NCBI RefSeq assembly: GCF_001194135.2
Contig: NC_068988.1
Coordinates: forward strand, 87,457,198 to 87,507,679
Length of the DNA stretch: 50,482 bases
Direction: 5' to 3'
Source of the DNA: Octopus bimaculoides
Taxonomy: Eukaryota
Shown here: piece by piece, positions 11,194-23,155 of the stretch
Layout: each line of letters opens with the position of its first letter
Numbering within the stretch: the first letter of the stretch is position 1
Program-made: the position numbers and the translations under genes
Notes under the pieces: model-generated
Seen by the model: only the letters and a program-made list of their open reading frames with translations
What the model was told of the DNA's origin: nothing
Database searches by the model: none

Positions 11194-11591
11194 AGACGGA
11201 CTATATGTAATCTGAATCTTTCCTCCCCTTATTTATTAACTTTTTTTACGGAATCCCACGTTTTAGGCTATGGAGATTCCGATTCTGAAAAAAAATTTTT
11301 GGAAAAATTTCAATTCCCCCCCTCCCACCAAGCAGGCTATTTACATGCTAGAAATAACAGCCAAATCTCACAAGACTAGTGTTAGGGTTACGGTCAGGGT
11401 TAGGGTTTGAGTTAGGGTTAGGTTTACCCTGTGGATCTATATAAAAAACGGGGGGCGGGGGATCGAAATTTTGAAATTGAGATTTTTGAAAAAAAATTTT
11501 TCAGAATCTCCATAGCCTAAAACGTGGGATTCCGTAAAAAAAAATAAAATAAAATAAGGGGAGAAAGGTTCAGATTACATATAGTCCATCT
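11194..11591. mobile_element. Foldback MITE with about 135-bp imperfect TIRs and internal (TTAGGG)-like array
   Basis: ggactatatgtaatctgaa...tacggaatcccacgttttaggctatggagattc is mirrored by gaatctccatagcctaaaacgtgggattccgta...ttcagattacatatagtcc. Confidence 0.85.
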
Positions 11592-12660
11592 GGACCATAA
11601 AGAGAACGCAAGAGACATAATTTTTCACTATACTGTAGTAGTAGCTGTAATTTCTGTACTAACCACGGTGATAGGTAGTCCTTCGTGATTTATTGTGTAG
11701 TAGTGGAAAGGGGTTGGTTGGGTACTGCGATGGTTTCATGATGGAGCTGAATGTGTTTGTTTCTTTGTTGGTAAAACGAGTGATTTTTCTGTTTTGTTTG
11801 TCTTCACTGTGGCTTGTTGGGAAATGTATATAGCATTGCGTATTTTTATTGTGTGTTTGTTGTTTGTAAACTCTAGAATTTTTGTGTGTATATTTGGATT
11901 GTGACCCCTATAATTTTGTCGTGTGTATATGTATGATGTTATATATGTGAACCTTCATCTCCCAGAATTTTTGTCGTGTTTGTGTTGTGGAGGAACTGTA
12001 TGTAATCGTAAGGACTTTTTCATTTNNNNNNNNNNNNNNNNNNNNNNNNNNNNNNNNNNNNNNNNNNNNNNNNNNNNNNNNNNNNNNNNNNNNNNNNNNN
12101 NNNNNNNNNNNNNNNNNNNNNNNNNNNNNNNNNNNNNNNNNNNNNNNNNNNNNNNNNNNNNNNNNNNNNNNNNNNNNNNNNNNNNNNNNNNNNNNNNNNN
12201 NNNNNNNNNNNNNNNNNNNNNNNNNNNNNNNNNNNNNNNNNNNNNNNNNNNNNNNNNNNNNNNNNNNNNNNNNNNNNNNNNNNNNNNNNNNNNNNNNNNN
12301 NNNNNNNNNNNNNNNNNNNNNNNNNNNNNNNNNNNNNNNNNNNNNNNNNNNNNNNNNNNNNNNNNNNNNNNNNNNNNNNNNNNNNNNNNNNNNNNNNNNN
12401 NNNNNNNNNNNNNNNNNNNNNNNNNNNNNNNNNNNNNNNNNNNNNNNNNNNNNNNNNNNNNNNNNNNNNNNNNNNNNNNNNNNNNNNNNNNNNNNNNNNN
12501 NNNNNNNNNNNNNNNNNNNNNNNNNNNNNNNNNNNNNNNNNNNNNNNNNNNNNNNNNNNNNNNNNNNNNNNNNNNNNNNNNNNNNNNNNNNNNNNNNNNN
12601 NNNNNNNNNNNNNNNNNNNNNNNNNNNNNNNNNNNNNNNNNNNNNNNNNNNNNNNNNNNN

Positions 12661-12690
12661 CTTTCTCTCCCTCTTTCTCTCTTTCTCCCC

Positions 12691-12726
<36 letters not shown>

Positions 12727-12792
12727 TTCTTTCTCTCTCTCTCTCTCTCTCTCTCTTCGTCTCTGCCTCTGCCTGTCTGTCCGTCTGTCTCT
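12661..12792 (+). repeat. (CT)n microsatellite at a gap edge
   Basis: Directly visible. Confidence 0.9.
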
Positions 12793-13043
12793 CTGTACGG
12801 TTGTTAAGTATAATGTTTCAACCTCGGGCTGGAGTCACGGTGCAGCCATGGGTGGATTTGAATGAAGTCTCATCTGTATATAAGTTTGAAATGAGTAGGT
12901 GATAGAATAGACCCTTGTAGGACTTCAGGCAGTTGAATATTTTAGAAATATTGTTTTTGTTCATTTTAGGTTTGGTGACTTGTGAGGTAGTCTGACAGAT
13001 AATGTTTTGCATTGCTGCTATTTAGTGCCAAGCCAGTTATAAC

Positions 13044-13081
<38 letters not shown>

Positions 13082-13085
<4 letters not shown>

Positions 13086-13500
13086 GCGGCAAGCCGGCAG
13101 AGTTGTTAGTTCACTAAACAAAACGTTTAGCAGCATATCTGTCGTTACATTCTGAGTTCAAATTCCACTGATGTCAACTTTGCCTTTCATCCTTTCGGGG
13201 TTGATAAATACTAGTCAAGTACTGGGTCGATGTGACTGACTTGTCCCCATCCCACAAATTTACAGGCCTTGTGCCGATAGTAGAAAGGATTATTATTATT
13301 ATTAAGATGGTGAGCTGGTAGAAGCATTACCGCACCAGGCAAAATGCTTAGTGTCTTTATGTTCTGAGTTCAAATTCCATTGAAGTTGACTTTCTCTTTC
13401 ATTCTTTTCAGGGTCAAGTACCAGTTGGGCACTGGGGTCAATGTAATCAACTTAGCCCCCTCCCCCAAACTTGCTGGCTTTGTGCCAAAATTTGAAATTT
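13082..13500 (+). mobile_element. Two head-to-tail family B SINEs
   Basis: The first follows (TAA)n; the second starts in the (ATT)n tail of the first. Confidence 0.8.
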
Positions 13501-13697
13501 GTGCCAAAATTACTAGCTGACGTGTCAAAAATGACAGCTAATTGTAGTATTTAAAACATAAATAAGGTACAAAATAATCACACATACAAACATTCACATA
13601 CTTCCCTTGTACACATACACACATATACTCACACAGAGTTGAAATGCTGTTTGATTTTTCTTTTCAGCATTGAATGTTCACTATCCCACTTCCATTG

Positions 13698-13738
<41 letters not shown>

Positions 13739-14509
13739 TCACATGACCCCTTTTTTATATACACATACATATACTTACGCAGAGTTGAAATGCTGTTTGA
13801 TTTTTTTTTTCACCATAGAACTTCCATCACTACCAAGTTTGTTATCACCTCTTCCTTTCTCATCCATATGTTGTGATGGAGAAATACCCAAGAGTATTAT
13901 CATAGTAGAAGATAGGGATGGTAAATCAAATTAATACACTTGTCAATGTTCACATACATTCACATACTTCCCTTGTACACACACACACATATACACATAC
14001 ACTCAAGCTTAGGGCATTGCATCCGCAATCGCTAGATTATGATTTCAATTCTCAGACTGAGTGGTGCGTTGTGTTCTTGAGCAAAACACGTCATCTCATG
14101 TTGCTCTGCGATAACTTCGACACCTAATACGTGGTGCACAGTGCATCTGTTCAGACAACATTGCTTTGATGGAGAGAGTGAGCTAATATGTGGCACAAAC
14201 ATTTGATCACTACAAACGAAATCATTTGTGCAGGTCGTTCAGCAAAAGCCAAACTCTCATACATCATCTTCGACAGGAGGGACCATCATCATTATTGTTA
14301 TTAAAGCGATGACCTGGCAGAAGCTTTACCACACCAGCAAAATGCTTAGCAGCATTTTGTCTGTCTTTACATTCTAAGTTCAAATTCTGACGAGGTTGAC
14401 TTTGTTTTTCATCCATTTGGGGTCGATAAAATAAGTACCAGTTGGATACTGAGGCTGATATAATTAGCTTACCCACTCTACCCAAATTACTGGCCTTGTA
14501 CTAAAATTT

Positions 14510-15460
14510 GAAACCATACTTTGTGCCCAGTACAAGCTTTGGATGCATAAGTGGTGTAGCGGTATCATAGGAAGGTTAACAGAGAAAATAGTCTTTGTGT
14601 GTGGCAAATGTGCGGGTACAATAAGCACTCAAAATACATAGACAGCAGACCCCACTCAAGTGCTCAGTGGGATCATTAGAAGTAGTAGATAGCTTCTGTT
14701 GTCTAGGTGACCAAGTTAGTAGTGGAGGAGGAAGTTCTGAAAGTGTAATTGCTAGAATAAGAACAGGTTGAGCAAAGTTCTGGGAGAGTCTACCTTTGTT
14801 GGTAACTAAGGGCCACTCACTCAGAGTGAAAGGCAGATTGTATGATGCCTGTAGATGTACAGCTATGCTACATGACAATGAAGCATGGGCTGTGACTACA
14901 GAAGTCTTGTGGAGGCTTGAAATAAATCAAGCTAGCTTGCTCCTCTGAATGGATAATGTCAGTGTGCACACACGACAGAGATTTAAGAGGATATTGTGTG
15001 CAAGAGAGAACACTGCACTAATTTGGTCATGTGATGCATATGGATGAGGACAACTGAGCTCTAATTGTGGAGGGGACCTGTGGAAGTGGTAGACCCAGGA
15101 AGATGTGGGATGAAGTGATGAGAAGGGATCTTTGGATGTTGGGCCTAACTGAGTAAATGACAAGGGACTGGGAGTTGTTGTGATTTGCTCTGCTTGAGAA
15201 GACATGTCAAGTTAAGTAAAATCGCTGTCATCCATCCATACATACAGGCTTGTGCTTTACACGTGTTGGTGCCACATAAAATGTACTCCTGCCAGTGCCA
15301 GTGACACGTAAGAAGCACTTAACATACTCTGTAAAGTGGTTGGCATTAGGAAGGGCATCCAACTATAGAAACTATGTCACAAAAAATAATTGGAGTCCCT
15401 TTGGACAGCTCCTGTCAAACCGTCCAACCCATGCCTACATGGAAAATGGATGTTATACAA
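14510..15460 (+). mobile_element. 5'-truncated, decayed RTE LINE (RT C-terminus plus 3' UTR)
   Basis: Reads LEVVDSFCCLGDQVSSGGGSSESVIARIRTG*AKFWESLPLLVTKGHSLRVKGRLYDAC...NEAWAVT and GRPRKMWDEVMRRDL, followed by the RTE tail. Confidence 0.88.
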
Positions 15461-15489
15461 TTCTTCTTCTTCTTCTTATTATTATTATT

Positions 15490-16215
15490 ACTAAGGCAGC
15501 AAGCTAGCAGAATCATTAGTGTGCTGGGTTAAATGCTTGCCCATCCTTACACTCTGAGTTCAGATTTTGCCGAGGCCAACTTTACCTTTCGTCATTTCGA
15601 GGTCGATAAATAGAGCGACAGTTGAGTACTGGGGTCAATGTGATCGACTATTCCCCTCCCCACAAAATTCAGTCCTTGTACCTATAATAAGAATTATTAT
15701 TATCATTATTACTATTATTATTATTATTATTATTATTGTTATTATTATTATTATTGCGGTGGCAATCTGGCGGAATTGCTAATGTGCCAGACAAAATACA
15801 TGCAGCTTTTCTTCTGGCTTTATGCTCTCAATTCAAATGCAGCTGATATTGACTTTATCCTTCCTCCTACCAGGGTTGATAAACCAAGGACCAACTGAGC
15901 ACTGGGGTTGATGTAAGTGGAACATTGGGGTCGGTGTAACTGACTTGTCCATTTCTCCCAAATTTCAGGCGTTGTACCTATAATAGACAGGATTATTATT
16001 ATTTAAGGCAGTGAGCTGGCAGAGTCGTTAACACACCAGGCAAAATGCTTAGCAGCATTTCATCCATCTTCACGTTCTGAGTTCAAATTCCGCCAAGGTC
16101 AGCTTTGCCTTTCATCCTTTCGGGGTCAATGAATTAAGTACCAGTTACATACTAGGTTCGATGTAATCGACTTAATCCCTTCTCCTAATTTTCAGGCCTT
16201 ATCCTTTCAGAACAA
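15490..16215 (+). mobile_element. Chain of three family B SINEs separated by (ATT)n
   Basis: Heads near 15493, 15757 and 16006, each preceded by ATT repeats. Confidence 0.78.
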
Positions 16216-17859
16216 AACATTTTTATTATTATTAAAACAGTGTATCTCGGTTGAGTTTTGGAATTTACATCTTCCAAAGTTATTTTTTAATTAATTCATT
16301 AATTATATATATTATATTAAAAAAATTCTTTTGAATTCTGTTTTAACATTGGAGATTATAGTTCTGAAATCTCTTTTACAAATTAAAAAAGAATTTTTTT
16401 TTTGCTTGTTTTGCATCCCCACCACTTCCTGTTCAGTTTCAGTCTGCTCTAACTTAATTTAACTAGCTTTTCAATATATTTATTATTATTTATCTTTCCT
16501 TCTAAATCCTGTTTTAATCCTGAGAGATTACAATTCTGTAAAAAACAAAATATGAATATAAGCACCTCCCATTTCCTTACAAATGGGAGGTGCTTATTCT
16601 GAAAGTCTGCCTATTCTCTCATGTGACCGTCATTTTTTCACTTTTCTTTTAGGATAATAGAGTGTATGTAGTTTGAAGATTTAGCTACTATGTCTTGGAA
16701 GTCAAGTGACTACATAGGAAGTTCCCCTGTTGGTTTGAGAGTTTGTAGTGTTTCCTAAGGAAGTGCTTGTGGAGAATGGGGAATAGAATTGGAAAGCTTT
16801 GCAGATGCGGATGACAGGCAGTATGATGTGTGAAGGTTTTTTTTTTTTTTTGCTGTTATCATTGAAGCCATCATGTAAGGTCTGAATCCATGTTATGTTT
16901 CAAAGAGAGCTTGTTGCTTGATATGCTATAATTAGCACCCAAATCTCCCTCAGATTTCCTCTACTGTCTCAAAATGGATGAATTTACCGAATAAATTAGT
17001 CCTGTATATAATGTGTCAGAAAATGGATATTGGTTGAGTAATGTAGGTTCAATACATGGACTAGGTGGACTGTGGAGTTGGTACACAGGACCTTTGATTC
17101 TGATTACACTATTTGTAATGAGATTTATCATCACAATCAGCATCATTTTAATGTCCACTTTTCCATGCTTGCATGAAATCTGTTGAGACAGATTTTCTGA
17201 CCGGAAGCTCTTTTTGCCACCAAACCTCACTTGTTTCCAAGTAAAGTAATATTTCCCCATGAGTGGACATGGTTTTGTTTTCATGGAAAACAGAAATGAA
17301 TGACACCACTTAGATGACAGTGACACTCGTTTACAACTATCATGTGATGTCACGACAAAGAAGCTTGCATACATATAGACACACGATGGGCTTCTATCTA
17401 CCAAGCCCACTCACAGGGTTTTGATCAACCCTGGGCTATAACAGAAGATATTAACCTTAGGTGCTATGCAGTGGGACTGAACCTGAACCCACATAGTTGA
17501 GAAGCACATTTCTCAACCACACTGCCATGTCTATTCCTATATATTTCTTATATTTGAAGTATACAACATAAAAGTCTATGTTTAATTACCCTAACCTGTT
17601 AAAGTTTGAGTTTAAAGTCTATAGCAGCTTTCTTCTAACTATTTATGAAAGAAGTTACAGAAAATGAAGTACAAGACAAAATTTTAAAAAATCGCTTTCC
17701 TCAAAAGGATATAAAAGTAACAAACTATAAATATTCATAAAAAAAAAATTGAGAACATGTTTGTTTACCATTTCAAAATTCTGAAGTAGCTGAAAGTTAA
17801 AACCAAATGAGTTATTCACTCTGGATTCTTTCAGCCACCACCTATTGGCATGCTGTTAT

Positions 17860-18210
17860 AATACTGGCTGCCTTCTACACCATGCTACCATTAACAAAAT
17901 CATAAAGCATGGCCTAGATGCCACAGGCTTCCCTTCCCAGTTCGAGCTAGTGGGACTAGACTTAGGGGATGGTAAAAGGCCTGATGGAATAACAATTACC
18001 CTGTTCTGTAGTGATAAGTCACTCATCTGGGATATCATATACTGTGACATCTTCTCTAGTGGTAACTTGATGTGTTCAGCTACTAGTCCATGCTCCGCTG
18101 CTCATCAGGTTGAGAAAAGCAGACTATTATGGTATTGGTCACTCTGTGGCAGGTTTATGGTTGAGCCGGAGGCAGTAGAGACCTCTGGTGTTCTTGGGGC
18201 ACCCAGGCCA
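17860..18210 (+). mobile_element. Decayed CRE-like non-LTR retrotransposon, restriction-like endonuclease (RLE) domain
   Basis: Reads HATINKIIKHGLDATGFPSQFELVGLDLGDGKRPDGITI...LIWD...EKSR...FMVEPEAVETSGVLG, matching the KRPDG...WD...E..K...AVET.G pattern. Confidence 0.75.
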
Positions 18211-18336
18211 TATCCCTTCTCACCATTATTGAAGTGGAGATGGCTATCTGCTAGTGCAAACTCTGGCCAATGCTTCCATTTTGTCTGCTGGGACCATGAG
18301 GCAGTCTTAATTACAGGAAATTGTATGTTCCACTCC

Positions 18337-18513
18337 TTAACCCTTTAGCATTCTGATTACTTTGTCAAATGTAAAACTTATTCACATTGTTTTGAATCTG
18401 TCATAGAATTACATGGTACGGTAGGTGTTAAGAAGCTTGATCTAGTCAGTTTGAACTTGAAACAGGTAGAATATTTGGGCGTGATATGGCTGATTTGAAT
18501 ACTAAAGTGTTAA
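18337..18513 (+). mobile_element. TTAA-flanked MITE (piggyBac-like ends), internally deleted
   Basis: Starts ttaaCCCTTTAGCATTC and ends GAATACTAAAGTGttaa. Confidence 0.7.
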
Positions 18514-19594
18514 TGTAAAGCTACTCTTTATAATAATTTTAATGAAAATTCTAACAAAGAAAGGGAATGAAACAACTTTGATACAGGAAGTATTTCCTTA
18601 CCGGCTAGCTGTTGAACTTAAAAAATAATCATGAGTTAGATATATAATGCTTCCTTCTCAAGATTAAAGCATCATCATCATTTAATGTCCATGTTCCATA
18701 CCAGCATAGGTTGGGTGGTTTCACAGGATCCAATGATTGCTTTATGTTCCAATGTCTGCTTTGGCATGATGTCTCTGACTAGATACTTTTCCGAATGCCA
18801 GCCTTTTTACAGCATGTACTGGGAGCTGTTTTGCATGCCACTAGCACAAGTGGGGTCACCATCCAGCTTGCAAAAACTCTAAGGGACGACTTTCTGTTGA
18901 GAGATGAAGGGGTTTAATTATGAGAAGAACTAAACCCCTTTAATATGCAAGAATGTATGGGGGAGTGACAGATGGGTGGCAGTGGGTGAGGTGGGCAACA
19001 AATGTAAAGGTTAAGTAATTTTGAACAGTGGCTGTTGTGAATTGTATTAAGGGGTGGAGGATAACCAATGAGACACGAACTGAGGGAGGGAGGGAGGTAG
19101 GTAGTTAGGGAAGGAAAGGTAGAAAATGACTGGCAACACAAAAAAAGGATGACAGGGTGTGGGAGTGCAGTAGAATAGTAATCATGATGCAGTAAACAAG
19201 AGAAGGATGAAAGAGAGAGAGATGTGGTTGAGTAGGTTGTAGGAGTTGTATGGTGGTGAAGGGGGAGTGATAATTTGGTGGTTAGGTGTGTGTGTGTGTG
19301 GGTGGGGTGATCAGTATAAAGTTGAGCAAAGTATTAGGGGGGGGGGTGAAGAATGGATAATAAATGAATTGGTCCTGGGTTTTAAGAGAAGTAAATGGTG
19401 TCAAGGAAAAGCTGAAGTTAGGAGAGACGAGAGGTGTTGGTGGTGTGTTGAAGGGGAAATTNNNNNNNNNNNNNNNNNNNNNNNNNNNNNNNNNNNNNNN
19501 NNNNNNNNNNNNNNNNNNNNNNNNNNNNNNNNNNNNNNNNNNNNNNNNNNNNNNNNNNNNNNNNNNNNNNNNNNNNNNNNNNNNNNNNNNNNNN

Positions 19595-19626
<32 letters not shown>

Positions 19627-20207
19627 TCAGAACTCAGTTTCCCTGATGTGATCAGATCCTTTATCATCTCTGCAAGCTTCAAAGAACATAAAGCAGCTGG
19701 AATACTTGAGCTGGATATGGCTACAGGTCTAACCTAAACATTGTTTTCTATTTTTTTTTTCCCCCCACTCCTTGGGGCACCTGAACTTGTTGATATTCAG
19801 CAAACTTTTCTTTGTATCTGCAAGTGTATTAGTTTACTAAAAGCATTTTGGTGCTTGATGGTTGTTGAGTTGATGTCTTTTCTATAAGTCTCTTTCCTTT
19901 TGTGCGACTCACTTCATGTCTTTAATGCATGCGACAATAACTATTACCTTGTAATTGTTGTCGTTTGCTTGATCACATCTATGCTGCTTGTGTATGTAAG
20001 TGAAGTGATGCATGTCCTGTGAGGGTTTAGTTTACTTTCTTTGTATGTTTCAGTGAATGTTGTTCGATAATTAATGTCTTCAACTATATTTCAAAGATCA
20101 AAAGATAGCAAACAATAACTGAGAAAACTTCACGTGCTCTGTGTGAAGTTGCCCCAGTTTGTTTGTGCCTTACTTTCTTTGTTGTTTATGACCTTAGTTG
20201 TAAGAGT

Positions 20208-20362
20208 GGAGGTACAATGACCCAGTGGTTAGGGCAGCAGATTCGCAGTTGTAGGATCATGGCTTTGATTCTCAGACCGGGCGTTGTGAGTGTTTATTGA
20301 GCAAAAACACTCAAAGCTCCATGAGGCTCCGGCAGGGGATAGTGGCGAACCTTGCTGTACTC
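20208..20362 (+). mobile_element. tRNA-SINE family C, 5' part running into a gap
   Basis: Matches the head of 28289-28670. Confidence 0.8.
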
Positions 20363-20462
20363 NNNNNNNNNNNNNNNNNNNNNNNNNNNNNNNNNNNNNN
20401 NNNNNNNNNNNNNNNNNNNNNNNNNNNNNNNNNNNNNNNNNNNNNNNNNNNNNNNNNNNNNN

Positions 20463-20495
<33 letters not shown>

Positions 20496-20572
20496 TATAA
20501 GGGCATTACTACAGAAAAATAATAATATCCTTTTTTGAATTTATTAATCAAATATATATGTATATATGTATG

Positions 20573-20613
<41 letters not shown>

Positions 20614-21495
20614 AAGGTTGAGGAGGGTATTGGATTTAACCAAACCCTGGAGGATACGGGTAATACCGAGTAAGTGCTGTATACCGACTAGTTTGCCCCA
20701 GTCGTTGTATGAACAGGGTTGGGTATTATAAGTCGTGTATTAAAAAAAAAAAATTTCCAATGTCTTGTATACAAAACTACGTGGATGGACTGGTATAATT
20801 TATGAGGTGTCGGGTAAAATGCCGTGCAGTATGTATTATCTCTCTTTCTTAGTTGTGAGTTCAAATTCCTGTCGTGGTTAAACTTTGTTTTTCAACCTTC
20901 ACCCTATGGTCGATGAATATAAAGTACCAATCAAATACTGGAATTTTTAGCGTGGTGCTATACTTCTGCAACAAATTGTTTATTTGTTCAAGTTGTAATA
21001 TTTATGTAAACAATAGCATAATGTTTGTTATGTAAACTACATCCTATTTTACAAATAAACACCTACAAATTTGGAGATACTAGTTGTTGTGTGGTGATGG
21101 TGGTTATTGCTGGGTTAGTAGGTAGAGGTGATAGCGAAGGGTGGAAGAGATTGTGATGTTGGATAGAGGTGGGGTAAATGGTGGGAGTGGTAGTAGTGAT
21201 TGCTGTTTGTGGTGGTAGTGATGACGGATAGTGGTGGGTGTTATGATATTGGATAGGGGTAACAGTAAACAGTAGGAGTGGCGATGGTGGTGGTGATGGC
21301 GTGCTGGCAGAAATAATCAGTATCAAGAATGTTTTGCAGCAGTTGTTCTAAATCTTAATGTTCTCATTTCAAATGCCGTTGAAGCCACCTTTGCCTTTTA
21401 TTCCCACAGGGTCGAGGTAAATTAATAAAGTACCTGTCATATACTCAGGTCAATGGTCTCTGCTACTCCCATCTCATCCTGCCTTGCAATAGCCA

Positions 21496-21781
21496 CCTAA
21501 TCTGTGGCCCCTCAAACATACCAACTTTCATTTTCTCAAAAGACAAAGTAAGAAACTTTTTGCTAAATATTTGAAACGGTCACTGTCTCAGTGTTTCAAC
21601 TTATGTTTCACATACTATATGGAGTGCCTTGGTCTTACCTTGATCACCCAGCTCCATGTCGAAGAAGTAAGGTAAACTTTCTTCACAAAATCTGTGATTT
21701 TGTTTTGCTGCCTAGTTAAAGTGTAACATCCACAAATATAGTGGGGCTGTTTTTGCATTTTCTTCTTTCACAATTGGCCAT
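21496..21781 (-). mobile_element. Internally deleted Chapaev3-like (CMC) transposase remnant
   Basis: The minus strand reads MANCERRKCKNSP/YICGCYTLTRQQNKITDFVKK..YFFDMELGDQ.K..LHIVC...ETLRQ, joined to KKFLTLSFEKMKVGMFEGPQIR. Confidence 0.7.
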
Positions 21782-22583
21782 ATTTCTGAAATACAAGACA
21801 AATATTGAAGCCAGTTGTCGCTTGGGAGAAGCATTTTCAGAATTGTCAATAGTTATAAAATAAGCAAATGCAGATTTGTGATAGCAAAGTTCCATAAAGA
21901 GCATACATATCATAAAGTTCTTTCTACTGTTCTTTGACTATGCTTGACAAAAAGTAACCTTGACCCATGTGACCTCACAATTAGAACATTAAGGGCACAT
22001 TCAAAATACCAATTTTCATAAGAAATAGTTAAAGGTTAAAAAAAAACATGTCTCACCTGGTTTGCAATGTTAGTCACACTAAATCAAGTACAGCTTGGAC
22101 ACATCTGCAGGCAAATTCCACAAATATGAGACATGTATGATGTCAAGGACAGACATCTAAAACTGGTTAGATTGAAAATAAAGCTGTTCAAGTTTGATGC
22201 TTTTTATTTACAGAAGATACTCAAGTCATGACTTGTGTTTTCACTTTTGTAGGTATATTTACAGTAAATAATATTGAAAAACTTTGTTTTCAAAGTTACG
22301 TCAAGCTCCATACATGGGTCTACATTTGATGAAGCTAAATCTATGAAGCTAAATAATAGAAATGTTGAAAAATGAATATTTGAGTTTGTAAAAATCTTAA
22401 TGTAATAAAGCAAACTGGATTTAATTTTTGAAATCAGCATATCAAAATTACAAAGAAACTTGTCTTCAACACCAGACAATAAATCATTATATGCACCTTT
22501 GTTGCTGAAGCTCCCTAACATTTAACCCTTTTGATTCCAACTTGCATGAGACTGCACTTGGGACTGTGGTACAAACTTCCTGT

Positions 22584-23155
22584 TTAACCCTTTAGCATTC
22601 AGATTAGTCTGTCAAATGTAATGCTTATTTATTTACATTGTTTTCAATTAATTATGAATTATCTCGTAGTTTTGAGATTTCAGTGATATGACTGTGCGGC
22701 GTCATGTAAAAGCGCCTGTGCAGCGACACATAAAAGTGCCCATGTGACATCATGTAAGTGTGGTGGCATGTAGAAGCACCCCTGCAGTGCCACACAAAGT
22801 GCCTATCTGGCATCACGTAAAAGTGCCCATGCAGTACCATGTAAAAGTGTCCTTGTGGTGCCGCATAAAAGCACCCAGCACTCTGTAAAGTGGTTGGCAT
22901 TAGGAAGGGCATCCAGTCATAGAAACCATGCCAAATCGGACTAGAATCTGATGCAGCCCCCCCCCCCCAGACTGCCAGCTCTGGTTACACTGTCCAACCC
23001 ATGCCAGCAAGGACAACGAATGTTACATGAGGATGATTGTTTATTTTTAAAATGACAATGTAGGGTAGGTGTGAGAGGCTGAACCTGGCCAGTTGGAATA
23101 AAAATCAGAGGGAATATTTGGGCTGGATATGGCCAGTTTGAATGCTAAAGGGTTA
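22584..23155 (+). mobile_element. TTAA-flanked MITE with a nested RTE 3' tail (about 22692-23035)
   Basis: Ends are ttaaccctttagcattc and gaatgctaaagggttaa; the interior is split by the RTE tail. Confidence 0.78.

Noticed and set aside
11382-11423. Chromosome end or fusion site suggested by TTAGGG
   Set aside because: There are only seven degenerate hexamers, enclosed by MITE TIRs inside an intron.
12966-12992. Possible microexon (ttttag|gtttggtgacttgtgag|gtagtc)
   Set aside because: Exons 1-3 already join in frame with no gap in homology, the donor is weak, and 17 nt would shift the frame.
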